Assembly: GCA_046542845.1 (NCBI GenBank)
Contig: JBKHAN010000003.1
Coordinates: 4,166-68,165, forward strand
DNA length: 64,000 bases
Reading direction: 5' to 3'
DNA from: Spirochaetaceae bacterium
Lineage (GTDB): Bacteria; Spirochaetota; Spirochaetia; DSM-27196; SKKC01
The position numbers and the translations under genes are program-made. Below the pieces are notes generated by a model. That model saw only the letters and a program-made list of their open reading frames with translations, had not been told where the DNA came from and searched no databases. Within the stretch, counting starts at the first letter, position 1, and every line of letters starts with the position of its first letter. This document shows positions 1-8,361 of this stretch, piece after piece.

Positions 1-432
1 ATGACCCCGTCGCCGGCGAAGAGCCGACGCCAGAGAACGGCGATAGATACCGACCCACCCAGCAGCGTCGGAATGTAGTAGATCGTCCGGTAAAAGGGGA
101 TAAGCCTCAGTTTCTGGTTCATGAGCATCGCGACACCGAGTGCGAAAACGAGTTTCACCGGAACCGAGACGAACACGTAGCGCAGCGTAACGCTGAGAGA
201 TTTCATGAACCGCGGGTCAGAGCGAACTTCATCGCTTCCGCCGAACATGGAGACGTAGTTATCGAGGCCGGTCCATACCGGCGGTTGAAGGACGTTGTAT
301 TGGGTGAAGGACAGGTACAGCGAATAGACCATTGGGTACACGGTGAGCACGAGGAGCCCGAGCAGCCATGGAGTCAGGAACGCGTATGAAGTCAGATTGT
401 CGACCAGCTCGTGTCGGCGTTTACTATTCACG
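1..432 (-). CDS. ABC sugar-transporter permease (MalF/UgpA/LplB-like), 5' portion only; apparent 1-nt frameshift near 357-361
   Basis: Not in the ORF track because it runs off the window edge. My minus-strand translation from GTG at 432-430 gives VNSKRRHELVDNLTSYAFLTPWLL. Reading must then slip one base to continue GLLVLTVYPMVYSLYLSFTQYNVLQPPVWTGLDNYVSMFGG...LRLIPFYRTIYYIPTLLGG, a typical permease N-terminus, first TM helix and loop. The unshifted frame hits a stop after about 58 codons. Confidence 0.7.
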
Positions 433-561
433 GGGGTTACCCCCGTGTCGGTGTGTTGCATCCATCTGAATAACCATTGAATAACCGTGTACCACGGGAA
501 TTCGAGTTGCAGATAGCGCGCAAATTCTTTGATCTTCGGACAGTTTCTCGGAAACGGGCCT

Positions 562-2820
562 TTATGGGCCTGTTTGCCCCCTGAACTCGGATGGTGAGAC
601 ACCGTAGACACGCTTGAATGCACGCCGGAAGGAAGTAGCGTTGGTGTATCCGCACTCCAGCGCCACGCGGTCAATGACATCGAAGCCCTGGGAGAGCAGC
701 GCGCGCGCGCGTTCCATGCGTATTTCGAGGAGCGCATCCGACAGGCGTATACCGGTCTGCTCCTTGTAAAAGCTTGAGAGGTAATTTTCAGAACGGTTGA
801 ACGACTCGGCAATCGAGGTCAGGCCCAGACCCGGATCGGCGAAGTGCTCTCGAATGTGCTGTTGAATCGCTGAAAGAAGCACCGTATTGTGGCTCCGCTT
901 GTGTCGGTCGAAACGCTCGCTAAGCCCGACGCAGAGTCGCTCGAAGCGCGAGACTTTCTCGTCAGACGCGGGCAGCTCCCACCAGCGCTGGAACTCGGGG
1001 TCGGGTCCGGCTTCATCTCCCGGGAGCGAACTGTAGAGCTTCAGCGCCGTGCCTTTAAGCTCCACGAACAGGTCGTCCATTTCGGCGTCGCTAAGGTGTC
1101 TCTGCTCGAAGTTCTCGCTGCGAACCGAGGCCACGAGCTTCGACACCAGATCCCGATTGCCCGACCGGACGGCGCGCATAAGACCCTCCTCCAGGTCCAG
1201 GGGGTACGAGTAGAACGCCAGCGAGCCCGCATCGTTCGAGTATGACTGGAGTAACTCTCCGCCGTGCGAAGCACCGGTCGATGCCGCAGCGATTGCCTGG
1301 TTGTACGAAATCGTGAGCGTAAACGGATCGTCAACCGCGGTTCCGAGCCCAAAGTAATAGTCGCCTCGAAGGCCGGGTTCGATCGCACCTCGAATCGAGT
1401 TGATTCGAGCTTCCGCGTCGACCCGCAGGTCTGTGTCGTGCGGCACGGCGCACACCAGGACCGTGTCGTCGAAGGACGTCGGCACCAGTAAATCGTCGGC
1501 ACCGAGTGTATCCTCCATCGCAGCAATAAGCTCGTCGCGCACGTGAGTATACGCTTCACCGCCTCGAACGACGTTCAGCGGTACGATGCGTGCGACGATT
1601 ACGTAATACGACGCTCCGGCAAACGAGATACCAAAAGCCTCGCAGTCGCGGTCAAACTCGCTCCTGCTGCGATACGCGCCACGCAGAACGTTCTGGTAGA
1701 AATACGTCCTTGCTACTCGTCCGGCGCTGCCACCGTCGGCGTTCGCGTGGGCCGTGCTGTCGGTGAGCGTGTCGATCGCCGCTTCGAGTTCTTCGTACAC
1801 GCTGCGCTTACGACGGTTGCCGGGCACGTCCTCGTCTTCGACGATCTGCAGCAGCCGGCTCAAGGGCTTGCTCGTGCGAAACGCAACCGCGTATGCGACC
1901 ACCAGCCCGACCGCGAGCGCAACCGCGAAGAGCCCCAGCGCAATCGTACGGATAAGCATGACCTCGGAGAACACCAGTGCTTCATTCAGTGCCGCGGTGT
2001 ATTGCCAACCATTCACCGGCGAGGTCATGTGGTACAGTCGGTAGCGCTCCCCATCGATGAGCACGGTACGCTGCTTCTCGTCGTCGGTCGTGTGGTCGAA
2101 CTCCCCGGTCGCATCAGCGGGTGCGGTAACAATAGCGTGTCCATCTCCGGTCGATACCTGTACCCAGCCGCCATACTCCTGCGGGGTTTGTGCGAGCATT
2201 CCGCGAAGGTCGTCAGAGGAAATGACCGACAGCAGCGTCCCGAGATAGTACGCACCGTACCCGATATTGCTGCGGTACAGATGCGCCTCAAAACGGTCAC
2301 CATAGAAGTCGACCGTAACCGAGGGGTAAAAAGCTGTGCGCTGCAGTGAGGCGAGAAAGGTGGAACGCCACTGTCTGGCCGAATACCCCTCGATCGAAAT
2401 CACGGTATCGTAATAGTCATCGAAATACCCGAAACCCGAATCGCTGACGAGCGTCTGGCTTCGATGCAGATACAGCACGACATTGCGAATCATTGGACTA
2501 CCGACGGCGTAGGGAGACAGTTTGTCCGACAGATTACGAAGGTTGTAATATTCAAGGTCGGAAAATTCGCCGTCGTTGCTCAGATAGTTATTGACCTCGT
2601 AGTCGTTCCCGATCTGTGCGGCCATTCGTCCGAGTTCCCAGAACTCACGGTCTATGAAATCTATACTCTGCTGCAACTGGGCTTCCACGAAGGTATCGAC
2701 CCGATCACGAAGAGTCCCGATCGACACTGCGTAGTAGACCATAGCGACAAGCAACGGAAGCAGGAGGATGAGCACGTTATTCGCCGTATAGCGGAAAAAC
2801 AGACGGCGCTCGCGATTCAT
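562..2820 (-). CDS. Membrane-anchored AraC-family transcriptional regulator (one-component sensor)
   Basis: 752-aa ORF. It has an N-terminal TM (NNVLILLLPLLVAMVYYAVSIG), an extracytoplasmic stretch of about 250 aa, and a second TM (IRTIALGLFAVALAVGLVVAYAVAF). The C-terminus is an AraC-type double HTH (LTSIAESFNRSENYLSSFYKEQTG ... YTNATSFRRAFKRVYGVSPSEFR). Confidence 0.85.
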   Translation of the reverse strand: MNRERRLFFRYTANNVLILLLPLLVAMVYYAVSIGTLRDRVDTFVEAQLQQSIDFIDREFWELGRMAAQIGNDYEVNNYLSNDGEFSDLEYYNLRNLSDKLSPYAVGSPMIRNVVLYLHRSQTLVSDSGFGYFDDYYDTVISIEGYSARQWRSTFLASLQRTAFYPSVTVDFYGDRFEAHLYRSNIGYGAYYLGTLLSVISSDDLRGMLAQTPQEYGGWVQVSTGDGHAIVTAPADATGEFDHTTDDEKQRTVLIDGERYRLYHMTSPVNGWQYTAALNEALVFSEVMLIRTIALGLFAVALAVGLVVAYAVAFRTSKPLSRLLQIVEDEDVPGNRRKRSVYEELEAAIDTLTDSTAHANADGGSAGRVARTYFYQNVLRGAYRSRSEFDRDCEAFGISFAGASYYVIVARIVPLNVVRGGEAYTHVRDELIAAMEDTLGADDLLVPTSFDDTVLVCAVPHDTDLRVDAEARINSIRGAIEPGLRGDYYFGLGTAVDDPFTLTISYNQAIAAASTGASHGGELLQSYSNDAGSLAFYSYPLDLEEGLMRAVRSGNRDLVSKLVASVRSENFEQRHLSDAEMDDLFVELKGTALKLYSSLPGDEAGPDPEFQRWWELPASDEKVSRFERLCVGLSERFDRHKRSHNTVLLSAIQQHIREHFADPGLGLTSIAESFNRSENYLSSFYKEQTGIRLSDALLEIRMERARALLSQGFDVIDRVALECGYTNATSFRRAFKRVYGVSPSEFRGQTGP

Positions 2821-2835
2821 GACAGCGCGTACTCC

Positions 2836-4539
2836 CTATAGGCCCGACCGGCGGTCGAGTCGGACGTAGGCCGAATACAGCAGCTCAAGATATCGGGGAA
2901 GACCGAGCCGATTCAGGTGCAGCACATATTCATCCCAGTCCCTATCGATGTCCAGATCGCCGATAACGAAGCGGTCGACCGAGTCACCGATGTAGGCATG
3001 TATCGTTCGCCGCAGATCGTTGAACTCGTCTACAGACCCCGACGGTATCGAAATTCTGCGGTAGGGATACAGCTGCACGCGGTACGGATCGTAGGGAATG
3101 GTTGCTTCGTGGAGCATCTGCTCGTACGAAAACTCCTCTGTCATCGCGAAGCGGGTCTTCAGATCTCGCGTCCAGACCGGCCCCAGGTTCAGTTGCGCGT
3201 TGTCCTCCGGAACGAGTGTTCGGAGATACTCGTACTCGGCAACCCCCCCGCCAATAGCACGAAGGTTTTCGCCCGCGTCCACCCGTCGCCAGTGCACCCC
3301 CTCTATTCCCTTGTCGATTTCGGCGAACTCGCGACTGTAGTAATAGTCGGCGAGACGAATCGCGACAACCGGATCGCTCACTGCGTCAGTTATGACAAAC
3401 TGTCCCTGCTCAAGCAGAACATCGGAATACCATGGGGTATGTCCCGTCCCGTCGGGTCCGGCGATCGGCGGGAGCGCCCGATACTGCCTGAAGCGAAGCT
3501 CAGCATCGTCACCGATTTGCGCGAAGTTTCCGGGATGATGGGATGCGACACCGCCTAAACGGGTGACTGAACCTCCGTCGACGAGCGACCGGATCTGCCG
3601 CCTGTCCTGGGTGAATGAGTTGATGCTAATGAGATTCTCTTCATACAGGCGGCGTATGTAGCGAAGCCCCTCGCGAAACTCTGGCCTGTTCGCGCTGAAG
3701 AACACGGTACCGTCAATTATGTACTCGTACGCGTTCAGCGTAGGATCACCACTTTCGTCCTGCCCGCCCGCCGGAACAAACGCATTCATGATCCACATGA
3801 ACACGTCTTCAAGATTCCGTCTCGCTCCGGTAAGCGGAATCTCGTCATTCGGGTCGCCGTTGCCGTTCGCGTCACGATCGCGGAAGGCGAGAAGCACCTC
3901 ATAAAACTCGTCGGTGGTCGTCGGAGTGGCAAGTCCGAGCCTGTCAAGCCAATCCTGATTTAACCATAGTTTGTGACGCAGGGTCATGTGATAGTCGTCG
4001 GTAAACACCGCGGGAAGGCCATAAATGTTACCGTCGGGAGCGGTGATCATGGCGCGGAGACCCGGTATGGCGTCAAACATATCTCTGATATTAGGAGCGT
4101 GCTCGTCGATCAGACGATTCAGTGGCAAAAAGATCCCGTCGGCACCGTAAGCGACAATCTGCTCCATGGACAACCCGCTGCCACTTGCGCCCTGAATGAT
4201 CCCGGGATAGGACTCACCCGACAGGAGCAGAGTCAGCTGTTCATGCGCGCCGAGTTTGTGCGCCTCGATCCAGTCGACATGCACGTTGGTCCGCTGCGAC
4301 ACGCGGAGCATCGCAGCATTCGTCTGTATATCGGCTATAAAGCCCGCACTCGGAATAAAGCCGTCGAGGTGAAGTGGCTGTTCGGTTATCGGCAGGACCC
4401 CGGGAGGGCTCAGCGTTGCGGGGTCTGGTGTCTGCGCCGGGCCGCTCGCCCACAGGAACCCCAGGCCTATCGCAAAAACCACACCGACCACCGGAAGCAG
4501 GCGCGCTGGAGAAAAGAGCCTTCGCTGATGTTTATCCAT
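2836..4539 (-). CDS. Extracellular solute-binding protein, large LplA-type (ABC sugar uptake)
   Basis: 567-aa ORF with an N-terminal signal anchor (LLPVVGVVFAIGLGFLWA). Its length and sequence style match the large family-1 sugar-binding proteins. It sits directly upstream of the AraC regulator and the permease on the same strand. Confidence 0.8.
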   Translation of the reverse strand: MDKHQRRLFSPARLLPVVGVVFAIGLGFLWASGPAQTPDPATLSPPGVLPITEQPLHLDGFIPSAGFIADIQTNAAMLRVSQRTNVHVDWIEAHKLGAHEQLTLLLSGESYPGIIQGASGSGLSMEQIVAYGADGIFLPLNRLIDEHAPNIRDMFDAIPGLRAMITAPDGNIYGLPAVFTDDYHMTLRHKLWLNQDWLDRLGLATPTTTDEFYEVLLAFRDRDANGNGDPNDEIPLTGARRNLEDVFMWIMNAFVPAGGQDESGDPTLNAYEYIIDGTVFFSANRPEFREGLRYIRRLYEENLISINSFTQDRRQIRSLVDGGSVTRLGGVASHHPGNFAQIGDDAELRFRQYRALPPIAGPDGTGHTPWYSDVLLEQGQFVITDAVSDPVVAIRLADYYYSREFAEIDKGIEGVHWRRVDAGENLRAIGGGVAEYEYLRTLVPEDNAQLNLGPVWTRDLKTRFAMTEEFSYEQMLHEATIPYDPYRVQLYPYRRISIPSGSVDEFNDLRRTIHAYIGDSVDRFVIGDLDIDRDWDEYVLHLNRLGLPRYLELLYSAYVRLDRRSGL

Positions 4540-4545
4540 GCGGGA

Positions 4546-5040
4546 TTAAACGATATCCACGTGAACAAAATCGTGGCTTGTGGTGTCGTACATGCCGAAG
4601 CTCGGCTCGCCGAAGCGCCCCATAATCTCGCCGGGGTTCGCCCACAGGCACGAGTCGTAGCGGTGAATGTATCGCTTGTGATCGTGCCCGCTGAACACCG
4701 CGTCGTAGTCGCCGCTTTGAGCTATAGGCTTCGCTATGTCGGGATAATGATTCAGGGCGATAAGTCTGCCGTCGGCGCTTACCTCGGCAAACTGCCCGTG
4801 AAGATGGACGTGATCGAAACCTGATGCGATTCGGGCGAGCAGGAACTGATCACCGTCGTTGTTTCCGAACACCACGTGAATCGGTCCCGAAAACCCCTCG
4901 GCAAGCTGCTTCAGGGTGAACGGGGCGCAAAAGTCGCCGAGGAAACACAAAAGCTCCGCGTCTCGTTTCTCAAGCAGCGTAAGCGCTTTTTCCAGATTCC
5001 AGATGTTGTCGTGGACGTCGCTGAATACGGCAATGTGCAT
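4546..5040 (-). CDS. Metallophosphoesterase, YfcE/MJ0936 family
   Basis: 164 aa carrying the calcineurin-like motif series DVHDN, GDFCAP, GNNDGD and GHDH. Confidence 0.85.
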   Translation of the reverse strand: MHIAVFSDVHDNIWNLEKALTLLEKRDAELLCFLGDFCAPFTLKQLAEGFSGPIHVVFGNNDGDQFLLARIASGFDHVHLHGQFAEVSADGRLIALNHYPDIAKPIAQSGDYDAVFSGHDHKRYIHRYDSCLWANPGEIMGRFGEPSFGMYDTTSHDFVHVDIV

Positions 5041-5098
5041 GCTTTCAGTGTAAGCCGTCTATGCGATGGCGGCAACAGGATACCGCACCGAACCGGTA

Positions 5099-5302
5099 TC
5101 AGGCTTCGATGTCTATGGTATTCCCGAGAGCCGGGTCATGCACCATGGATGCCACGTCAAGGCTGTCGTCCATAAGGCGGGCAACCCCATCACCCTGCTG
5201 CTCTGCGGTGTCGAGGGCCATGCGCATGGTCGCAGCGGATGCCTCGTTTTGAAGCTGCGCCTGCTGTAATGATGTCTGTGTCTGTGCTATCTGCTGTACC
5301 AT
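5099..5302 (-). CDS. YjfB-like putative motility protein
   Basis: 67 aa. It has a Gln-rich N-terminal half, a MALDTAEQQG core and a C-terminal DPALGNTIDIEA, matching the YjfB family pattern as I recall it (...AMDTxxxQ...DPxLGxxIDIxA). Confidence 0.6.
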   Translation of the reverse strand: MVQQIAQTQTSLQQAQLQNEASAATMRMALDTAEQQGDGVARLMDDSLDVASMVHDPALGNTIDIEA

Positions 5303-5353
5303 GAGTACATACTAATGAAATCTCGTCACGATTGCAAATTCCAGCGGCCTCGC

Positions 5354-5719
5354 TCAGGCGTCAATGTCGAAAATTTGCCCGCGCTCGTTGTCATCGAAAA
5401 CCTCGATCGCATCTGCATCGGGTTCCGGGTCCTTGTCGCCGGTTCCACCTCGCGCCCGGGTGCCGCCGTGAACGGCGGCAGGAGCGAATCCCGGTCCCTC
5501 GATAAGAGCCGGTCCAAGGCCGGACGTCCGCGTTCGGGACGACGACAGGTCGTAGCGGGGAAGAATACGCTGCATGCTGACCGCTGCGATTGGTTCGATA
5601 CGATCAAGTCGACCGTCACCGTCACCGTAGCCGGGATAAAAGTTGGAGACAGGATAGGTCCAGAATGATGGGCGCCGACGCCTCGAGGATCTCTTGTCGG
5701 CCGAATCATCTGCTTCCAT
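5354..5719 (-). CDS. Hypothetical acidic, low-complexity protein
   Basis: 121-aa ATG-initiated ORF. It is the most protein-like of three overlapping ORFs here, and its codons look normal. The C-terminus (RGQIFDIDA) echoes the YjfB C-terminus downstream. The RBS is weak. Confidence 0.35.
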   Translation of the reverse strand: MEADDSADKRSSRRRRPSFWTYPVSNFYPGYGDGDGRLDRIEPIAAVSMQRILPRYDLSSSRTRTSGLGPALIEGPGFAPAAVHGGTRARGGTGDKDPEPDADAIEVFDDNERGQIFDIDA

Positions 5720-5780
5720 TTTTCACACCCGTTGTGGTAAATATAGCACTGATTGTCGACTCGAAGCCATTGGACCTCGT

Positions 5781-6266
5781 ATGAAACAAGCCTATACCGT
5801 TTATAAACTTAACGAACACGGTGTGGAAAAACTCCACTATCCGGCAACGTGTATCTCGCATGATGCAGTCGCCGGTCATATAACCGTCGAAGCGATCTTT
5901 TCGATCGATTCGGCCGATGGTGGTGCATTCAGGCTGCAAAAGGGCGATCGTATGGTTGAGTATTTCTTCTCTGATCGCTATTACAACGTGTTCGAGGTAT
6001 CCGACCCCGACGGTTCGCTCAAGGGATATTATTGCAACATAACAAGACCCGCTTCCATCTCCGAATCCGAGATACGCGCCGACGACCTTGCCCTTGACAT
6101 ATCCGTAGACGCGGCGGGGAACTATCGGGTACTTGACCGCGAGGAGTTCGATGCGCTGTCGCTTTCCGAGTCGGAGCGCGCAGCTGCGCTTGAGGCGGCC
6201 GACAGCCTGATCGATATGATTTCGCGGGCATCCTGGCCATTCCATCGCCTGCGGCACGCCCGATGA
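5781..6266 (+). CDS. DUF402 domain protein (FomD-like / RNase E-G-associated family)
   Basis: I chose the internal ATG at 5781 (MKQAYTVYKLNEHG), which leaves 61 nt to the divergent gene. Motifs YYCNITRP and ADDLALDISVDAAGNYRVLDREEFD are typical of DUF402. Confidence 0.7.
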   Translation: MKQAYTVYKLNEHGVEKLHYPATCISHDAVAGHITVEAIFSIDSADGGAFRLQKGDRMVEYFFSDRYYNVFEVSDPDGSLKGYYCNITRPASISESEIRADDLALDISVDAAGNYRVLDREEFDALSLSESERAAALEAADSLIDMISRASWPFHRLRHAR

Positions 6267-7372
6267 GACGCGTATCACCGAAGCTGTTATGCGCAGCGCT
6301 GCTGAGCTGCGTCACGCTCATACCGGTCCACCCTGTCTCCGCTGTGCCCGGGGAACGGAATGGCGGTATTCTGTTTATACCCGACGTTGCCACGGTGCTT
6401 CGCCCGAATGCGTTTGACGGCGATCCGGATCGTGCGGAGCGGAGTCACGTGTTTGACGGGTTCCCCTCTGTGCTCGACGCCCCGGAGGCGGACCGGCACC
6501 TCACGCTCGACGACGGCAGGCACATCGGCGTCTATTACGTGCTGCATGAGAACGCATCGGTCCTGGTCGGGCAACTGCCCCGGACCGAAGAGGTACCGTT
6601 CGCGCTTGTGGAAGCAGACGACGAGGAACCCGCGACGCTGTGGCTGGCGGAGCTCTCATACGGAACGCTGTACCTCGAGACCGGGGACACCCGCATGCTG
6701 ATTGATCTTGGATACCTGTACGACTGGTATGTTCGCGAGACCGCCGGAACCGAGGTCGACCAGGTCGGATTCCTGCCGATGGGAGTACGCAGCGCCCATT
6801 TCGACAGTGAGTTCGGAAGGGATGTCCTGACCCTTGCGGTCGAATTTATACCGGATTTCGGACGGGTGTATCGAAAACCCGCGCAGGCTACAATGCACAT
6901 CGATCTGTCCGGAGACACCGTGAAGCCCATGTCGGTGTTCGTTACCGAGATGCACTATCCCAACGGTTTTGTCTACACTGCGGATCATCGGATACGCCGG
7001 GAGGACGAGATACCCGCGTATGCAGACGAATACGCTTTGTTCCGCACGCCGGTGGGACAGTCGCTTCAGTATCGCCTCGAACAGCGGAGCTACTTTCTCT
7101 CTGACGGCCTCTTTTATCCGAGCCGTTCGGTCAGGCAACTGTGGCAGGACACGCTCCCCAGGATGTACCGTACCCGCACCGACGAAACGCGCACGTATCG
7201 TGAACCGGGGGGCGAGGTCGTTGAGGTGCTTCCGGCAGATACGGCGGTCCGGGCGACCGAGGCAGCGCACGCCCTCGATGTGTCCTCAGGTTCATCGGAG
7301 TTGTGGTTTCGGGTCGAGATTGCGCGAGAACGCAGCGCGTGGGTCAGGGCCGAAGCACTGAGGTCAGACTGA
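6263..7372 (+). CDS. Secreted hypothetical protein with SH3b-like C-terminus
   Basis: 369 aa with a signal peptide (LLCAALLSCVTLIPVHPVSA). The start overlaps the upstream stop (ATGA). The C-terminal YREPGGEVVEVLPADTAV...WFRVEI...AWVRAEAL segment resembles a bacterial SH3 domain. Confidence 0.6.
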   Translation: MRRVSPKLLCAALLSCVTLIPVHPVSAVPGERNGGILFIPDVATVLRPNAFDGDPDRAERSHVFDGFPSVLDAPEADRHLTLDDGRHIGVYYVLHENASVLVGQLPRTEEVPFALVEADDEEPATLWLAELSYGTLYLETGDTRMLIDLGYLYDWYVRETAGTEVDQVGFLPMGVRSAHFDSEFGRDVLTLAVEFIPDFGRVYRKPAQATMHIDLSGDTVKPMSVFVTEMHYPNGFVYTADHRIRREDEIPAYADEYALFRTPVGQSLQYRLEQRSYFLSDGLFYPSRSVRQLWQDTLPRMYRTRTDETRTYREPGGEVVEVLPADTAVRATEAAHALDVSSGSSELWFRVEIARERSAWVRAEALRSD

Positions 7373-7419
7373 ACATATCAGACTGTGGTCTATAGATAGA
7401 ATGATGGAGGAGATGGCGC

Positions 7420-8361
7420 ATGACAGAGCTGGGGGTTTTCTCACGGTGGAACCGTTTCTTGCGTATCGTTGAGATCCGAACCAAGGTGGTCAGCGTCTCG
7501 GCGCTGCTGATCGGCACAAGTTTCGCGGCCTGGAGCGCGCAGGCGTTCGACGCACCGTTATTCCTGCTTATGGCAGCGGCAACCCTGCTTGTAGACATGG
7601 GCACAACGGCTTTTAACTCATACTTCGACTTTGTCGGTGGTGTGGACAGCATTACCCACAACAAAGAGCGGGACAAGGTGCTCGTTCACGACCCTGGAGC
7701 ACATCCCTTTCGCGCGTTCCTTATAGGCGCAGGATGTTTCCTGCTCGCCATGCCTCTTGGACTGACGATCGGGTACCTGGCGGGTTGGGAAATCGTTTTC
7801 GCAGGTGCGGTGTCCATGGCTGTCGGGTACCTGTACAACGGAGGGCCGATCCCCCTGTCACGCACGCCCTTTGGAGAGCTGTTCGCGGGTGGATTCCTCG
7901 GCGGGGTACTTGTCCTGTTAAGCTATTACGTACAGGCACAGCAGCTGACCACCGAGAGCGTCCTTGCCGCACTTCCCTCTCTGTTGATGGTTGGAAGCAT
8001 ACTCACGGTGAACAACACCTGTGATGTGGAGGGTGACCGCGCGGCCGGCCGGAAGACGCTGAGTATCATATTCGGACCGGCAGTCGGGGAGATCATCGTA
8101 TATGTGCTCGGCGCGGTGAGTCTGGGGCTCATCGCAGTCTACAGCGTGTTCGGGGTGCTTCCTCACATTCCCGGGTTCGTTGCAGTGGCCGCGGTGACAC
8201 CACCGATCCTGCTTGAATACCGACGAATGCACCGTCGCGGGTTCAACCATACGACGAAAGGACCGTCTATGGGTTCGATCCTTCGCGTGTTCAGGTTCTA
8301 CACCATCGCGATGACCGGAGCGCTGATCGCGGGCGTTACGCTTCGAGCCTTCGCGCTATAG
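7420..8361 (+). CDS. UbiA-family prenyltransferase, MenA-like
   Basis: 313 aa and polytopic. It has a first Asp-rich motif [11 protein letters not shown] and a second motif [26 protein letters not shown] lies 9 nt upstream. Confidence 0.8.
   Translation: MTELGVFSRWNRFLRIVEIRTKVVSVSALLIGTSFAAWSAQAFDAPLFLLMAAATLLVDMGTTAFNSYFDFVGGVDSITHNKERDKVLVHDPGAHPFRAFLIGAGCFLLAMPLGLTIGYLAGWEIVFAGAVSMAVGYLYNGGPIPLSRTPFGELFAGGFLGGVLVLLSYYVQAQQLTTESVLAALPSLLMVGSILTVNNTCDVEGDRAAGRKTLSIIFGPAVGEIIVYVLGAVSLGLIAVYSVFGVLPHIPGFVAVAAVTPPILLEYRRMHRRGFNHTTKGPSMGSILRVFRFYTIAMTGALIAGVTLRAFAL

Noticed and set aside
5315-5709. ORFs 5315-5668 (+) and 5326-5709 (-) overlapping the 121-aa ORF
   Set aside because: Both translate to low-plausibility Arg/Ser/Thr-rich sequence. 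Only the 5354-5719 frame has an ATG start, normal codons and a motif shared with the neighbouring gene, and even that call has low confidence.
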